Shown piece after piece: positions 49,667-58,775 of a stretch of 60,693 nt of DNA. The translations under genes and the position numbers were made by a program. The notes below the pieces were generated by a model. That model ran no database searches. It was not told the DNA's origin and was given only the letters and a program-made list of their open reading frames with translations. This stretch comes from Sediminibacterium sp. GTDB taxonomy: Bacteria > Bacteroidota > Bacteroidia > Chitinophagales > Chitinophagaceae. Each line of letters begins with the position of its first letter. Position 1 is the stretch's first letter. The stretch is taken from NCBI GenBank assembly GCA_030158535.1, contig JAOASV010000130.1, positions 1-60,693 on the forward strand, in the 5' to 3' direction.

Positions 49667-50101
49667 TTAAAAAACCATATTCCCTTTATTCTTTATTTGC
49701 TCATTGGTAAGCTCTGCTACCATTTGAACGCCGTTTAATGCTTTTACGGTTTGCTTGATCCAGTTACATTTTTCATCGTCCACAAAATCTCCTTTTGTGA
49801 GCCATAAAAAATCCATATGTCTAAATTCAGGCAATAAGTATTCGCCATCACAATGGTTATGGTATAAATAGTGTACTAAAAAACTATTGGGTTCTTTAGA
49901 TTCGTAAATACTAAAATAATAACTGCGATCCTTTTTTTTGAGATGAATTTCGATGGCCGGATTAAGTCTAAACTGATGCCCTAATTGATTGTTCAATTGC
50001 AAACAAAATTGATGACTTTTGATAGGCGCAATAATACCAAGCAACCGCGTGTCATCAAAAAAATCTTCGTTGAGTTCGTCAATATTGAGTTTCAGTTTCA
50101 T
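49667..50101 (-). CDS. IPExxxVDY family protein
   Basis: LLGII....HQFCLQLN and YLLPEFRHMDFL, a variant of the family motif. Confidence 0.75.
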   Translation of the reverse strand: MKLKLNIDELNEDFFDDTRLLGIIAPIKSHQFCLQLNNQLGHQFRLNPAIEIHLKKKDRSYYFSIYESKEPNSFLVHYLYHNHCDGEYLLPEFRHMDFLWLTKGDFVDDEKCNWIKQTVKALNGVQMVAELTNEQIKNKGNMVF

Positions 50102-50122
50102 ACTAGTAATTGATTGCTTCCT

Positions 50123-51766
50123 TTAAAATGCAACAGGCATATTTATTTCTTCTGTTCCGCGTTTTATGCGCAGTTCAGTTTGATCACCTTTTTTAAACTT
50201 GCTCAGTGTTTGCATGTAACTGTTTACATCAACAAATTTGTAATCACCTAGTTGAAGTAAAATGTCACCTGCTTTTAATCCTAATTTTTCTGCAAGCTTA
50301 CCCGGACTCACGCCATCTATGCGCATGCCAGTTCCGCTATACCCATAGTCTGGAATTACCCCTAAACTTACCGTAAACTTAGTGCTACGGCCCATTTGAG
50401 GCTCTGTAGTTTTTATAAAATCAAGCTTGGGTAAACTATCTGTAATACCCATAATTTGATAGGCCAGTGTTACAATTTGCGCAGTGGCTTCATAATTTAT
50501 TTTATCTGCGTCATCGCTTGCTTTATGATAATCGGGGTGGCTTCCTGTAAAGAAAAATTGAACTGGTACACCCGCTCTATAAAAACTAGCGTGATCACTT
50601 GGACCACTGCCTGTGCTATCAAATTTTACAACAAGCGGCGTATTTATAGCCTTCCATATGTTACTCCATTTACTTGAAGTTCCATATCCTCCCACCGTTA
50701 ATTTGTGTGAAGTATCATAACGGCCTACCATATCCATGTTAAGCATATAATTAATAGACCCAGTCATGGTTGGATTTTCTATCCAATATTTACTTCCTAA
50801 AAGACCTAATTCTTCACCAGAAAAATGAAGGAATAAGTAGTTATTATGTACGGGTGATTTTTGTTGTAACAAGCGTGCAATTTCAAGTAGCGCCGCAGTA
50901 CCACTAGCATTATCATCTGCACCATTATGAATCACATGACCAGTGTCTAATGCATTTTTATCTTCGTTAAAACCAAGATGATCATAATGCGCCCCAATAA
51001 CAATTGTATTTGCTGCGCCATTATTAATGAATGCCGCGACATTGGTTGCTGGACGTTTTTTTTCTGAGAGACGAACGGAAATTTCAACTTGTAAAGTAGC
51101 GGAAGGATCTGTAAAATGTTGCAGCCCTGTTTGTGTGAGATAAATTACAGGAATAGAATACGGTGCTGTTTTATCATTTTTATTAAATAAAATATTATCA
51201 ACAACAATTCCTGTATTGTATATAATAAATGCAGTAGCACCTTTTGATGCAGCCGTCGTTACTTCTTTTTTAATCCATGCTTCTATATCAAAGTGAGGAT
51301 TGGATTTATTTTCTTCAAGGGTCTCTTTAATGTCTTTAAACCAAGGCTGGCCTTTTTCATGAAGTGCCATGGCAGGATTTCCAGCAATACGTAAGGATGC
51401 ACTTGTAGCTAAAGGGAAAAAATCTTTTTCAATTTTTAATTGAATATTGTTCACTTTAAATTGAGTACTTGGATCCATTTGCAAGCCTTCGTTGATTTCA
51501 AATTTTTGAAGATACCCACTTGATCCTTTGGCACCAATCCCCATCCGCTCATATTGTTTTACCAAGTAATCCATCGCTGCGTCGGCGCCAGCTGTTCCCG
51601 TTCTTCTGCCTTCTAGTGCATCACTCGCCAAATAGCTAATATGTGATTTTAAATTTGAAATGAGTGCCAATTTTTGCTTTTCTGCCTCAATTCTAATTTT
51701 GCGTTTACTTTGTGATAATCCTAAAAAGGGAACCAATAAAAGGACCCAAAACCAATTTTTACCCAT
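50123..51766 (-). CDS. Exported M28 family peptidase with PA-like insert and C-terminal PDZ
   Basis: LASDALEGR, GAHYDH, GADDNASG, GEELG, NMDM, SDH, DYH; SLGVIPDY PDZ; start MGKNWF at 51766. Confidence 0.9.
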   Translation of the reverse strand: MGKNWFWVLLLVPFLGLSQSKRKIRIEAEKQKLALISNLKSHISYLASDALEGRRTGTAGADAAMDYLVKQYERMGIGAKGSSGYLQKFEINEGLQMDPSTQFKVNNIQLKIEKDFFPLATSASLRIAGNPAMALHEKGQPWFKDIKETLEENKSNPHFDIEAWIKKEVTTAASKGATAFIIYNTGIVVDNILFNKNDKTAPYSIPVIYLTQTGLQHFTDPSATLQVEISVRLSEKKRPATNVAAFINNGAANTIVIGAHYDHLGFNEDKNALDTGHVIHNGADDNASGTAALLEIARLLQQKSPVHNNYLFLHFSGEELGLLGSKYWIENPTMTGSINYMLNMDMVGRYDTSHKLTVGGYGTSSKWSNIWKAINTPLVVKFDSTGSGPSDHASFYRAGVPVQFFFTGSHPDYHKASDDADKINYEATAQIVTLAYQIMGITDSLPKLDFIKTTEPQMGRSTKFTVSLGVIPDYGYSGTGMRIDGVSPGKLAEKLGLKAGDILLQLGDYKFVDVNSYMQTLSKFKKGDQTELRIKRGTEEINMPVAF

Positions 51767-51786
51767 TTTGCTTGCTTTATTACGTA

Positions 51787-51848
51787 CAAAAGTAAGCGAT
51801 TCTGTTCCCAATCTCGTAACAACCCTCCCCTCTTTGGGGGTACTTTTG
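51787..51848. promoter_or_regulatory. Divergent promoter pair (peptidase / feoB)
   Basis: TACTTTTG on minus at 51787-51794 and TACTTTTG on plus at 51841-51848. Confidence 0.62.
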
Positions 51849-51865
51849 TAGCCATCTAATTAAAC

Positions 51866-53980
51866 TTGAGTCAAAGAGACCTCCATATTGCTTTAGTGGG
51901 TAACCCCAACAGTGGAAAAAGTTCCATTTTTAATGCTTTGACGGGGTTAAACCAACAAGTTGGCAATTTTCCAGGCGTAACCGTAGATAAAAAAACGGGG
52001 ACCCTTCGGTTACCAGATGCTACCAACACCACATTAATTGACCTTCCGGGCACCTATAGTTTGTATCCCCGAAGAGCTGATGAGTGGGTAGCCTACAAAG
52101 TGCTCATGGGCACCGACGAATCGATAACAACTGACGCTGTATTATTAGTTGCAGATGCCAGTAACCTTAAACGAAATTTGCTTTTTTGCAGTCAGATTAT
52201 CGATTTGCAAATTCCGGTAGTGATGGCCCTCACCATGAATGATATTGCATCAAGCAAGGGCATCAAAATAGATATCGCAGGGCTTGAAAAAGAATTAGGC
52301 ATCACCATCATAGCCGTTAACCCCCGAAAAAACAAGGGCATTACAGAATTAAAAAAAGCCTTACAACAATTAAAGGTCAAGCAAACTACTGTTTCTGATA
52401 AAAAATTTATTGACACAAAAAAATTAGCACCAACCGCCATTGATGGCATTCATCAAATTGTGCCAGGCTTAAGTGATTACGCTGCAATACATTATTTAAT
52501 CAATCATGAAAATTTTCCGTTAACAGATGCGGTACAAAAAGAAATTGAAGGTCTTGAAATAACGCATCAGTTTAATCCAACCAAAACACAGGCCGAAGAA
52601 ATTTTACAGCGCTATAGTCAAATCAGAGATGTCATGCGTAGGCATGTTATAGAGCCTGGGCCTCTAGAAAAAAAGATTTTTTCAGATAAGTTAGACAATA
52701 TTTTACTGCACCGAGTTTGGGGTAATGTGATATTACTTGCTGTACTATTTATTTTATTTCAAAGCGTTTATTGGCTGGCTAGTTTTCCAATGGATGGTAT
52801 CGAGTGGGCCTTTGCAAAAGGCGGAAGCTCTTTGTCTGCTTGGCTTCCAGAAACATGGTGGAGTAATTTAATCGTGAATGGACTGGTAGCCGGCCTGAGT
52901 GGTATTTTAGTATTTGTGCCACAAATTATGATTTTGTTTGGGCTCATTACCATGCTTGAAGACAGTGGTTATATGGCGCGCATTAGTTTTTTAAGTGATC
53001 GACTCATGCGCAAAGTGGGGCTGAATGGAAAAAGTGTGATGCCCATGGTAAGTGGTTTTGCATGCGCCGTTCCAGCCATTATGAGTGCGCGCAATATTGA
53101 AAATAGAAAAGAAAGATTGTTAACGATTCTTGTTACGCCACTCATGAGTTGTAGTGCGCGTTTACCGGTATTCACGATTTTAATTTCACTTGTTGTAGAT
53201 AACAAATACTACTTTGGATTTTTAAGTTTACAAGGCCTTGTAATGATGGGGCTTTATTTACTAGGTATCGCAATGGCGATGCTAGTGAGCTATGTTTTAA
53301 AGTGGTTTATCACCATCAAAGAAAAAAGCTTTTTTATTTTAGAGCTTCCCATGTACAGAGCACCGCGTTGGAAAAACGTGGGTATTACCATGCTCGAAAA
53401 AGCTAAAATATTTGTTACAGATGCAGGTAAAGTAATCATGATTATTAGCCTACTACTATGGTTTTTAAGTAGCTACGGACCTGGTGATCAAATAGCAAAT
53501 ACTACTAAAAAGTATGAAGCACTCAGTCAAGTGTTGCCTGCAAAAAAAGATTCTTTAGATAAACAATACGCATCAGAAAAACTACAACATTCGTATGCGG
53601 GCATTTTGGGTAAAGCTATTGAGCCAGCCATCAAGCCGCTTGGATACGACTGGAAAATAGGCATTGCCCTCATTACTTCCTTTGCGGCTAGAGAGGTTTT
53701 TGTAGGTACCATGGCTACCTTATATAGCGTAGAAGATAGTGAAGACAGCTCTCTCAGACAAAAATTGGCAGCTGCTAGACATCCAGATGGAACCAAAGTA
53801 TACACTTTAGCAGCCGGCCTTTCGCTGATGATATTTTATTTGCTAGCCATGCAGTGCATGAGTACACTAGCGGTTGTAAAAAGAGAAACAAAGTCTTGGA
53901 AATGGCCTGCGTTTCAACTTGTGTATATGACGGCCTTAGCCTATGGAATGAGCTGGTTAACGTATGTTTTGTTTAGTTAA
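51866..53980 (+). CDS. feoB: Ferrous iron transporter B
   Basis: GNPNSGKS, NFPGVT, DLPG, TMND; gate motifs GFACAVPA, MSCSARLP, FAAREV; TTG start. Confidence 0.96.
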   Translation: MSQRDLHIALVGNPNSGKSSIFNALTGLNQQVGNFPGVTVDKKTGTLRLPDATNTTLIDLPGTYSLYPRRADEWVAYKVLMGTDESITTDAVLLVADASNLKRNLLFCSQIIDLQIPVVMALTMNDIASSKGIKIDIAGLEKELGITIIAVNPRKNKGITELKKALQQLKVKQTTVSDKKFIDTKKLAPTAIDGIHQIVPGLSDYAAIHYLINHENFPLTDAVQKEIEGLEITHQFNPTKTQAEEILQRYSQIRDVMRRHVIEPGPLEKKIFSDKLDNILLHRVWGNVILLAVLFILFQSVYWLASFPMDGIEWAFAKGGSSLSAWLPETWWSNLIVNGLVAGLSGILVFVPQIMILFGLITMLEDSGYMARISFLSDRLMRKVGLNGKSVMPMVSGFACAVPAIMSARNIENRKERLLTILVTPLMSCSARLPVFTILISLVVDNKYYFGFLSLQGLVMMGLYLLGIAMAMLVSYVLKWFITIKEKSFFILELPMYRAPRWKNVGITMLEKAKIFVTDAGKVIMIISLLLWFLSSYGPGDQIANTTKKYEALSQVLPAKKDSLDKQYASEKLQHSYAGILGKAIEPAIKPLGYDWKIGIALITSFAAREVFVGTMATLYSVEDSEDSSLRQKLAAARHPDGTKVYTLAAGLSLMIFYLLAMQCMSTLAVVKRETKSWKWPAFQLVYMTALAYGMSWLTYVLFS

Positions 53981-53989
53981 AAGCAATAA

Positions 53990-54850
53990 CTATTTGTAGG
54001 TTTCCCATAATAATTTAGACACTTTTCTCGCAAGCGCCCATGCTTCATTTTGTAATTCCCAACTGGTGTCTTTATTATTTTTAGTACAAATACAAAAAAC
54101 GTATCGAGCATTTTTTCCATGCACATACATCGCTTCACTTCTGCTCGCATTAACGGCACCATTTTTACTTGCCACAAAAACATCTGGTGGAATTTGTGAA
54201 ATCGCTTCTTCATCCCAGTAATTTCTGCCAAGCAATCGAAGCATTTTTTCGGAAGAAGCAGTATCTAATAAATTTCTATTGGCCAAAGCTTCAAACATAG
54301 AAACCATTTCTTTTGGACTGGTTTGGCCCCATCCAAATTTCTCTCTATCCGCTTCTCTACCTGGCGTTCTGCTATTTACCCTAGTAGCCGTATAACCAAT
54401 GCTATCAAGGATTTGATTGATTCTAGTTCCAGTACCTGCTAGTGATTGTAACCACAAACTTGCCGTGTTATCACTTGTTGTAAGCATGAGCATGATCACT
54501 TTACTAAGCTCTACTTTTTCATTGTGTTTTAATGAAGCAAGCAAATCGGATCCTGCATAAAATAAAGAGTCTTTATAAGTTAACTCCTGATGATAATTTA
54601 GTTCGCCTTTGTTAAGTTTATTCATGATGCCAATAAGTATGGGCACTTTAACCATACTCGCTGTTGGAAAAATACTATCCGCGTTAATGTTTGCTATTTT
54701 TCCTGTATGTAAATCTTTTACATAAACGCCAACGTCACCTTTAAATCCAGCAGTGAAGGTTTCTAACCCCTGCTGTAATTTTTTATTTACTTTTTGCGCT
54801 TGTGCAGGCATCAGCGCGAGTACAAAAATGAAGGCGAGTAAATGTCTCAT
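53990..54850 (-). CDS. Exported serine hydrolase, class A beta-lactamase-like fold
   Basis: ASMVK (SxxK), SDN, KNG; the omega loop lacks the E166-x-x-L-N motif. Confidence 0.85.
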   Translation of the reverse strand: MRHLLAFIFVLALMPAQAQKVNKKLQQGLETFTAGFKGDVGVYVKDLHTGKIANINADSIFPTASMVKVPILIGIMNKLNKGELNYHQELTYKDSLFYAGSDLLASLKHNEKVELSKVIMLMLTTSDNTASLWLQSLAGTGTRINQILDSIGYTATRVNSRTPGREADREKFGWGQTSPKEMVSMFEALANRNLLDTASSEKMLRLLGRNYWDEEAISQIPPDVFVASKNGAVNASRSEAMYVHGKNARYVFCICTKNNKDTSWELQNEAWALARKVSKLLWETYK

Positions 54851-54855
54851 AAATT

Positions 54856-55317
54856 TTATTTCTTTTTAGGAGTACCTAAAATTTCTTGACCATGATTTTT
54901 TGAATCTGGCTTTGTGATAATTTTTTCGATCACGCCGTTTTCATCTATGATAAAAGTAGTGCGTAAAGTGCCCATATAGGTTTTACCCATAAACTTCTTT
55001 TCGGCCCAAACGCCATATTTTTCATGAATAACTAGGTCAGTGTCGGCAATAAGCGGGAAGGGTAAGTCGTGCTTGGCAATGAATTTTAGGTGACTTTTTT
55101 GGTCGTCGGAGCTCACACCTAACACTTGGTAGCCCTTTTTGGCCAATAATTTATAATTATCCCTCAAATTACAGGCCTGCACGGTACAAGTTGGAGTCAT
55201 ATCGTGGGGGTAGAAATATAAAACCAGTTTTTGACCCTTAAAACTAGATAGGGCAATGGTTTTACCGTTTTGGTCGAGGCCTTTAAAGGCTGGGGCTTTG
55301 GATCCTTCTTGTAGCAT
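54856..55317 (-). CDS. bcp: Thioredoxin-dependent thiol peroxidase (BCP/PrxQ)
   Basis: YFYPHDMTPTCTVQAC, LRTTFIIDE. Confidence 0.93.
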   Translation of the reverse strand: MLQEGSKAPAFKGLDQNGKTIALSSFKGQKLVLYFYPHDMTPTCTVQACNLRDNYKLLAKKGYQVLGVSSDDQKSHLKFIAKHDLPFPLIADTDLVIHEKYGVWAEKKFMGKTYMGTLRTTFIIDENGVIEKIITKPDSKNHGQEILGTPKKK

Positions 55318-55418
55318 TTGGAGGGTTTTAGGGTATTAAAAATAAGGAGGTAACGATTATATAATAAAATTGAGGCCAATTAGTTCAAAAAAAATACCCC
55401 CTTCTGCTCCCCCTTTAT

Positions 55419-55426
55419 TAAATTTG
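55419..55426 (+). promoter_or_regulatory. -7 promoter element for carB
   Basis: TAAATTTG 22 nt upstream of the ATG. Confidence 0.62.
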
Positions 55427-55448
55427 CACAATTTATTTTTTAGTTCCT

Positions 55449-57095
55449 ATGCCAAAAGACAATTCCATAAAATCGGTACTTATCGTTGGTTCTGGGCCCA
55501 TTATTATTGGCCAGGCCTGCGAATTTGATTATTCTGGTTCTCAAGCTGCCAGAAGTTTGCGTGAAGAAGGCATTAAAGTGATTTTGATTAATTCAAATCC
55601 AGCCACCATCATGACAGACCCAATGATGGCCGATAAAGTATACTTGTTGCCGCTTACCATCGAAAGCATTGAGCAAATTTTACAAGAAAACGATATCGAC
55701 GCCGTACTTCCAACCATGGGTGGTCAAACCGCTTTAAACCTTTGTAAGGAAGCCGATGAAATTGGCATATGGAATAAGTACAACGTGCGCATGATTGGTG
55801 TAGACGTTGCTGCTATTGATACCGCCGAAGACCGTGAGAAGTTTAGACAGCTTATGGTAAAAATTGGTATGGCTGTAGCGCCAAGCCGTGTAGCCAATAG
55901 CTTTTTAGAAGGAAAAGAATTTGCACAAGAAATTGGATTCCCAATGGTTATCAGACCTTCCTTTACATTAGGCGGAACGGGTGGTGGATTTGTACATAGC
56001 AAAGATGATTTAGATGCCGCACTCGAAAGAGGATTAAAAGCATCTCCTATTCATGAAGTACTTGTAGAAAAAGCAGTACTTGGATGGAAAGAATATGAAC
56101 TTGAATTGTTACGTGATCAAAACGATAATGTTGTTATCATTTGTACCGTAGAAAATTTAGACCCAATGGGTGTGCACACTGGAGACTCTATCACCGTGGC
56201 ACCTGCCATGACTTTAAGTGATACTGCATTCCAAGAAATGCGCAACAAAGCCATTTTAATGATGCGCTCACTGGGTAATTTTTCAGGTGGATGTAACGTT
56301 CAATTTGCACTTAACCCTGCTACCGAAGAATTGATTGCGGTTGAAATCAATCCGCGTGTAAGTAGATCGTCGGCACTCGCTTCTAAAGCAACGGGTTATC
56401 CAATTGCAAAAATTGCTGCGAAGCTTGCCATTGGTTATAGTTTAGATGAATTAAAAAATCAGATTACAAAAACAACCTCTGCATATTTTGAACCAGCACT
56501 TGATTACGTGATTGTAAAAGTGCCGCGCTGGAATTTTGATAAATTTAAAGGTGCCAATGACACTCTTGGTTTACAAATGAAAAGTGTAGGTGAGGTAATG
56601 GCGATTGGAAGAAACTTTAAAGAAGCCATACAAAAAGCTTGTCAGAGTTTAGAAAATGAAGCCGTTGGTTTAGGCTATTACGGTAAGAGCCTCATGAAAA
56701 GCGAGGACCTCGTAGAATATATAAAAACACCAAAATGGGACCGCATATTTAGAATCAAAGATGCGCTCATGGCGGGTTCTACTGTTAAGTCTATTGCACA
56801 AGCAACAGGCATTGACAGATGGTTCTTACACCAGATTTTACAAATTTGTAATATCGAAAAAGAAATTGCAACGCATACACTAGAAACCCTTCCTGAAAGC
56901 TTATTAAAAGAAGCTAAAAAATGTGGTTTTGGTGACGTGCAAATTTCAAAAATTTTACATGGCGATTGCACAGATGAACAAGTGTATGAAAAAAGAAAAG
57001 CACTTGGCATTACCAGAGTTTACAAAATGGTAGACACTTGCAGCGCCGAGTTTGAAGCAAAGACACCTTATTTTTATAGCACTTTTGAAGGATAA
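55449..57095 (+). CDS. carB: Carbamoyl-phosphate synthase large subunit, N-terminal half only (carboxyphosphate + oligomerisation domains)
   Basis: GSGPIIIGQACEFDYSG, MGGQTALN, RPSFTLGGTGG, HTGDS, EINPRVSRSSALASKATG, YKMVDTCSAEF; stops at YSTFEG (548 aa). Confidence 0.93.
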   Translation: MPKDNSIKSVLIVGSGPIIIGQACEFDYSGSQAARSLREEGIKVILINSNPATIMTDPMMADKVYLLPLTIESIEQILQENDIDAVLPTMGGQTALNLCKEADEIGIWNKYNVRMIGVDVAAIDTAEDREKFRQLMVKIGMAVAPSRVANSFLEGKEFAQEIGFPMVIRPSFTLGGTGGGFVHSKDDLDAALERGLKASPIHEVLVEKAVLGWKEYELELLRDQNDNVVIICTVENLDPMGVHTGDSITVAPAMTLSDTAFQEMRNKAILMMRSLGNFSGGCNVQFALNPATEELIAVEINPRVSRSSALASKATGYPIAKIAAKLAIGYSLDELKNQITKTTSAYFEPALDYVIVKVPRWNFDKFKGANDTLGLQMKSVGEVMAIGRNFKEAIQKACQSLENEAVGLGYYGKSLMKSEDLVEYIKTPKWDRIFRIKDALMAGSTVKSIAQATGIDRWFLHQILQICNIEKEIATHTLETLPESLLKEAKKCGFGDVQISKILHGDCTDEQVYEKRKALGITRVYKMVDTCSAEFEAKTPYFYSTFEG

Positions 57096-57107
57096 AAAAT
57101 ACTTCTC

Positions 57108-58070
57108 ATGAAATTACAAGACATACAAGTACAAAACGAAAAAGAAACACGTGGTGGATTTGGTGAAGGCATTCACGAAATAGGAAAAGAAAATGAAAAT
57201 GTAGTAGTACTTACTGCAGATCTAGCAGGTTCTTTAAAACTAGGACCCTTTATCAAAGATTTTCCAAACCGCTTTGTACAAGTAGGTATTGCAGAAGCCA
57301 ACATGATTGGTATTGCTGCTGGTATGACCATTGGTGGTAAAATTCCATACACGACAACGTTTGCAAATTTTAGCACGGGTAGAGTATATGATCAAATCAG
57401 ACAAAGTGTTGCGTATAGCGGAAAGAATGTAAAAATTTGTGCATCACACGCGGGTCTTACATTAGGTGAAGATGGTGCAACACACCAAATTTTAGAAGAC
57501 ATTGGACTAATGAAAATGCTTCCGGGCATGACCGTTATTGTTCCTTGCGATTTTAATCAAACCAAGGCTGCTACTAAAGCAATTGCTTCTTATGAAGGGC
57601 CTGTATATTTAAGATTTGGTCGTCCAAAATGGCCAAACTTTACAGCTGTAGATGGTAGTGATTTTGTAATTGGTAAAGCACAACAATTATCGGAAGGTAC
57701 TGACGTAAGTATTTTTGCTTGCGGTCATATGGTTTGGAAAGCGATTGAAGCTGGACGCATACTAGAGGAAAAAGGATTGAGTGTAGAAGTGATTAATATT
57801 CATACCATCAAGCCTCTTGATGAAGCGGCGATTATCCGTTCTATTTCAAAAACAAAATGTGCTGTAACGGTAGAAGAACATAATGTTATTGGTGGACTTG
57901 GTGATAGCGTTGCACAAGTTGCTGCAAAACACTTCCCAATTCCTATCGAATACATAGGCACCAACGATACTTTTGGAGAAAGTGGTACACCAACACAACT
58001 ACTTACAAAGTACGGATTAGACACACCATTTATTGTAGCGGCTGCAGAAAAAGTAATTTCTAGAAAATAG
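57108..58070 (+). CDS. Transketolase C-terminal subunit (pyrimidine-binding + C-terminal domains)
   Basis: ADLAGS, GIAEANM, RVYDQIR, GEDGATHQ, GPVYLRFGR, TIKPLD, VEEH. Confidence 0.92.
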   Translation: MKLQDIQVQNEKETRGGFGEGIHEIGKENENVVVLTADLAGSLKLGPFIKDFPNRFVQVGIAEANMIGIAAGMTIGGKIPYTTTFANFSTGRVYDQIRQSVAYSGKNVKICASHAGLTLGEDGATHQILEDIGLMKMLPGMTVIVPCDFNQTKAATKAIASYEGPVYLRFGRPKWPNFTAVDGSDFVIGKAQQLSEGTDVSIFACGHMVWKAIEAGRILEEKGLSVEVINIHTIKPLDEAAIIRSISKTKCAVTVEEHNVIGGLGDSVAQVAAKHFPIPIEYIGTNDTFGESGTPTQLLTKYGLDTPFIVAAAEKVISRK

Positions 58071-58082
58071 TAATTGAAATTT

Positions 58083-58766
58083 TTAAGGCGCTAGGCGTTC
58101 AATTTTCCAGTTTGCATCTGTTCTAGTTCTAGTATCAGTAGCAGCATTATACCCACTTGTTTCAAGTTTGTATCTAATGCGGTCATGCAAGCGGCTAGAT
58201 CTGCCTTGCCAAAATTCGATACTTGTTGGTTTTACAATATAGCCTCCCCAGTGGTCAGGTCTTTCGATAGAATCATTGGCAAAAATGGAAGTATAGCGTT
58301 CTACATTTTGTTCAATCACCAATCTATTTTCAATGACTGCACTTTGTGGTGAAGCCCAAGCGCCAATTCTACTAGAAGCTGGGCGTGAATTAAAATAACG
58401 GTCACTTTCTTCGGCACTTACTTTTTGGACGGTGCCTTCAATTCTAATTTGTCTTTCTAATTCTTTCCAGAAAAAAACAAGCGCAGCATTTGGATTTTGT
58501 GCTAAATTTTTGCCTTTATCACTTTCGTAGTTCGTAAAAAAAATAAAACCCTCAGGATTATAGCCTTTTAAAAGTACGATCCGCGCAGCAGGAACCCCAG
58601 CAGTATTTACAGTAGCGAGTGTCATAGCATTTACTTCATCAATTTGTGAAGCAACCGCATCATTCCACCAGCGGGTAAATTGATCGATAGGATTAGAGGC
58701 CACATCTGCTTCTTCTAAAGAAGCCAACTTATAATCTTTTCTAATATCTGCAATAGCGTTACTCAT
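58083..58766 (-). CDS. pdxH: Pyridoxamine 5'-phosphate oxidase
   Basis: RIVLLK, FFTNYES.KG, RQIRIEG, EFWQGRSSRLHDR, RLAP. Confidence 0.96.
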   Translation of the reverse strand: MSNAIADIRKDYKLASLEEADVASNPIDQFTRWWNDAVASQIDEVNAMTLATVNTAGVPAARIVLLKGYNPEGFIFFTNYESDKGKNLAQNPNAALVFFWKELERQIRIEGTVQKVSAEESDRYFNSRPASSRIGAWASPQSAVIENRLVIEQNVERYTSIFANDSIERPDHWGGYIVKPTSIEFWQGRSSRLHDRIRYKLETSGYNAATDTRTRTDANWKIERLAP

Positions 58767-58775
58767 GATAATTAT

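Noticed and set aside
51866-53980. feoB without adjacent feoA
   Set aside because: feoA is small and often encoded elsewhere; cannot be judged from this window and is not unusual
53990-54850. Class A beta-lactamase / resistance gene
   Set aside because: SxxK, SDN and KNG are present, but the omega loop reads TRVNSRTPGRE instead of TRLDRxExxLN, so the deacylating Glu166 is missing; more likely a PBP-like serine hydrolase
57090-57200. Frameshifted or read-through continuation of carB
   Set aside because: The sequence after the stop is the transketolase subunit start; no CarB C-half motifs follow
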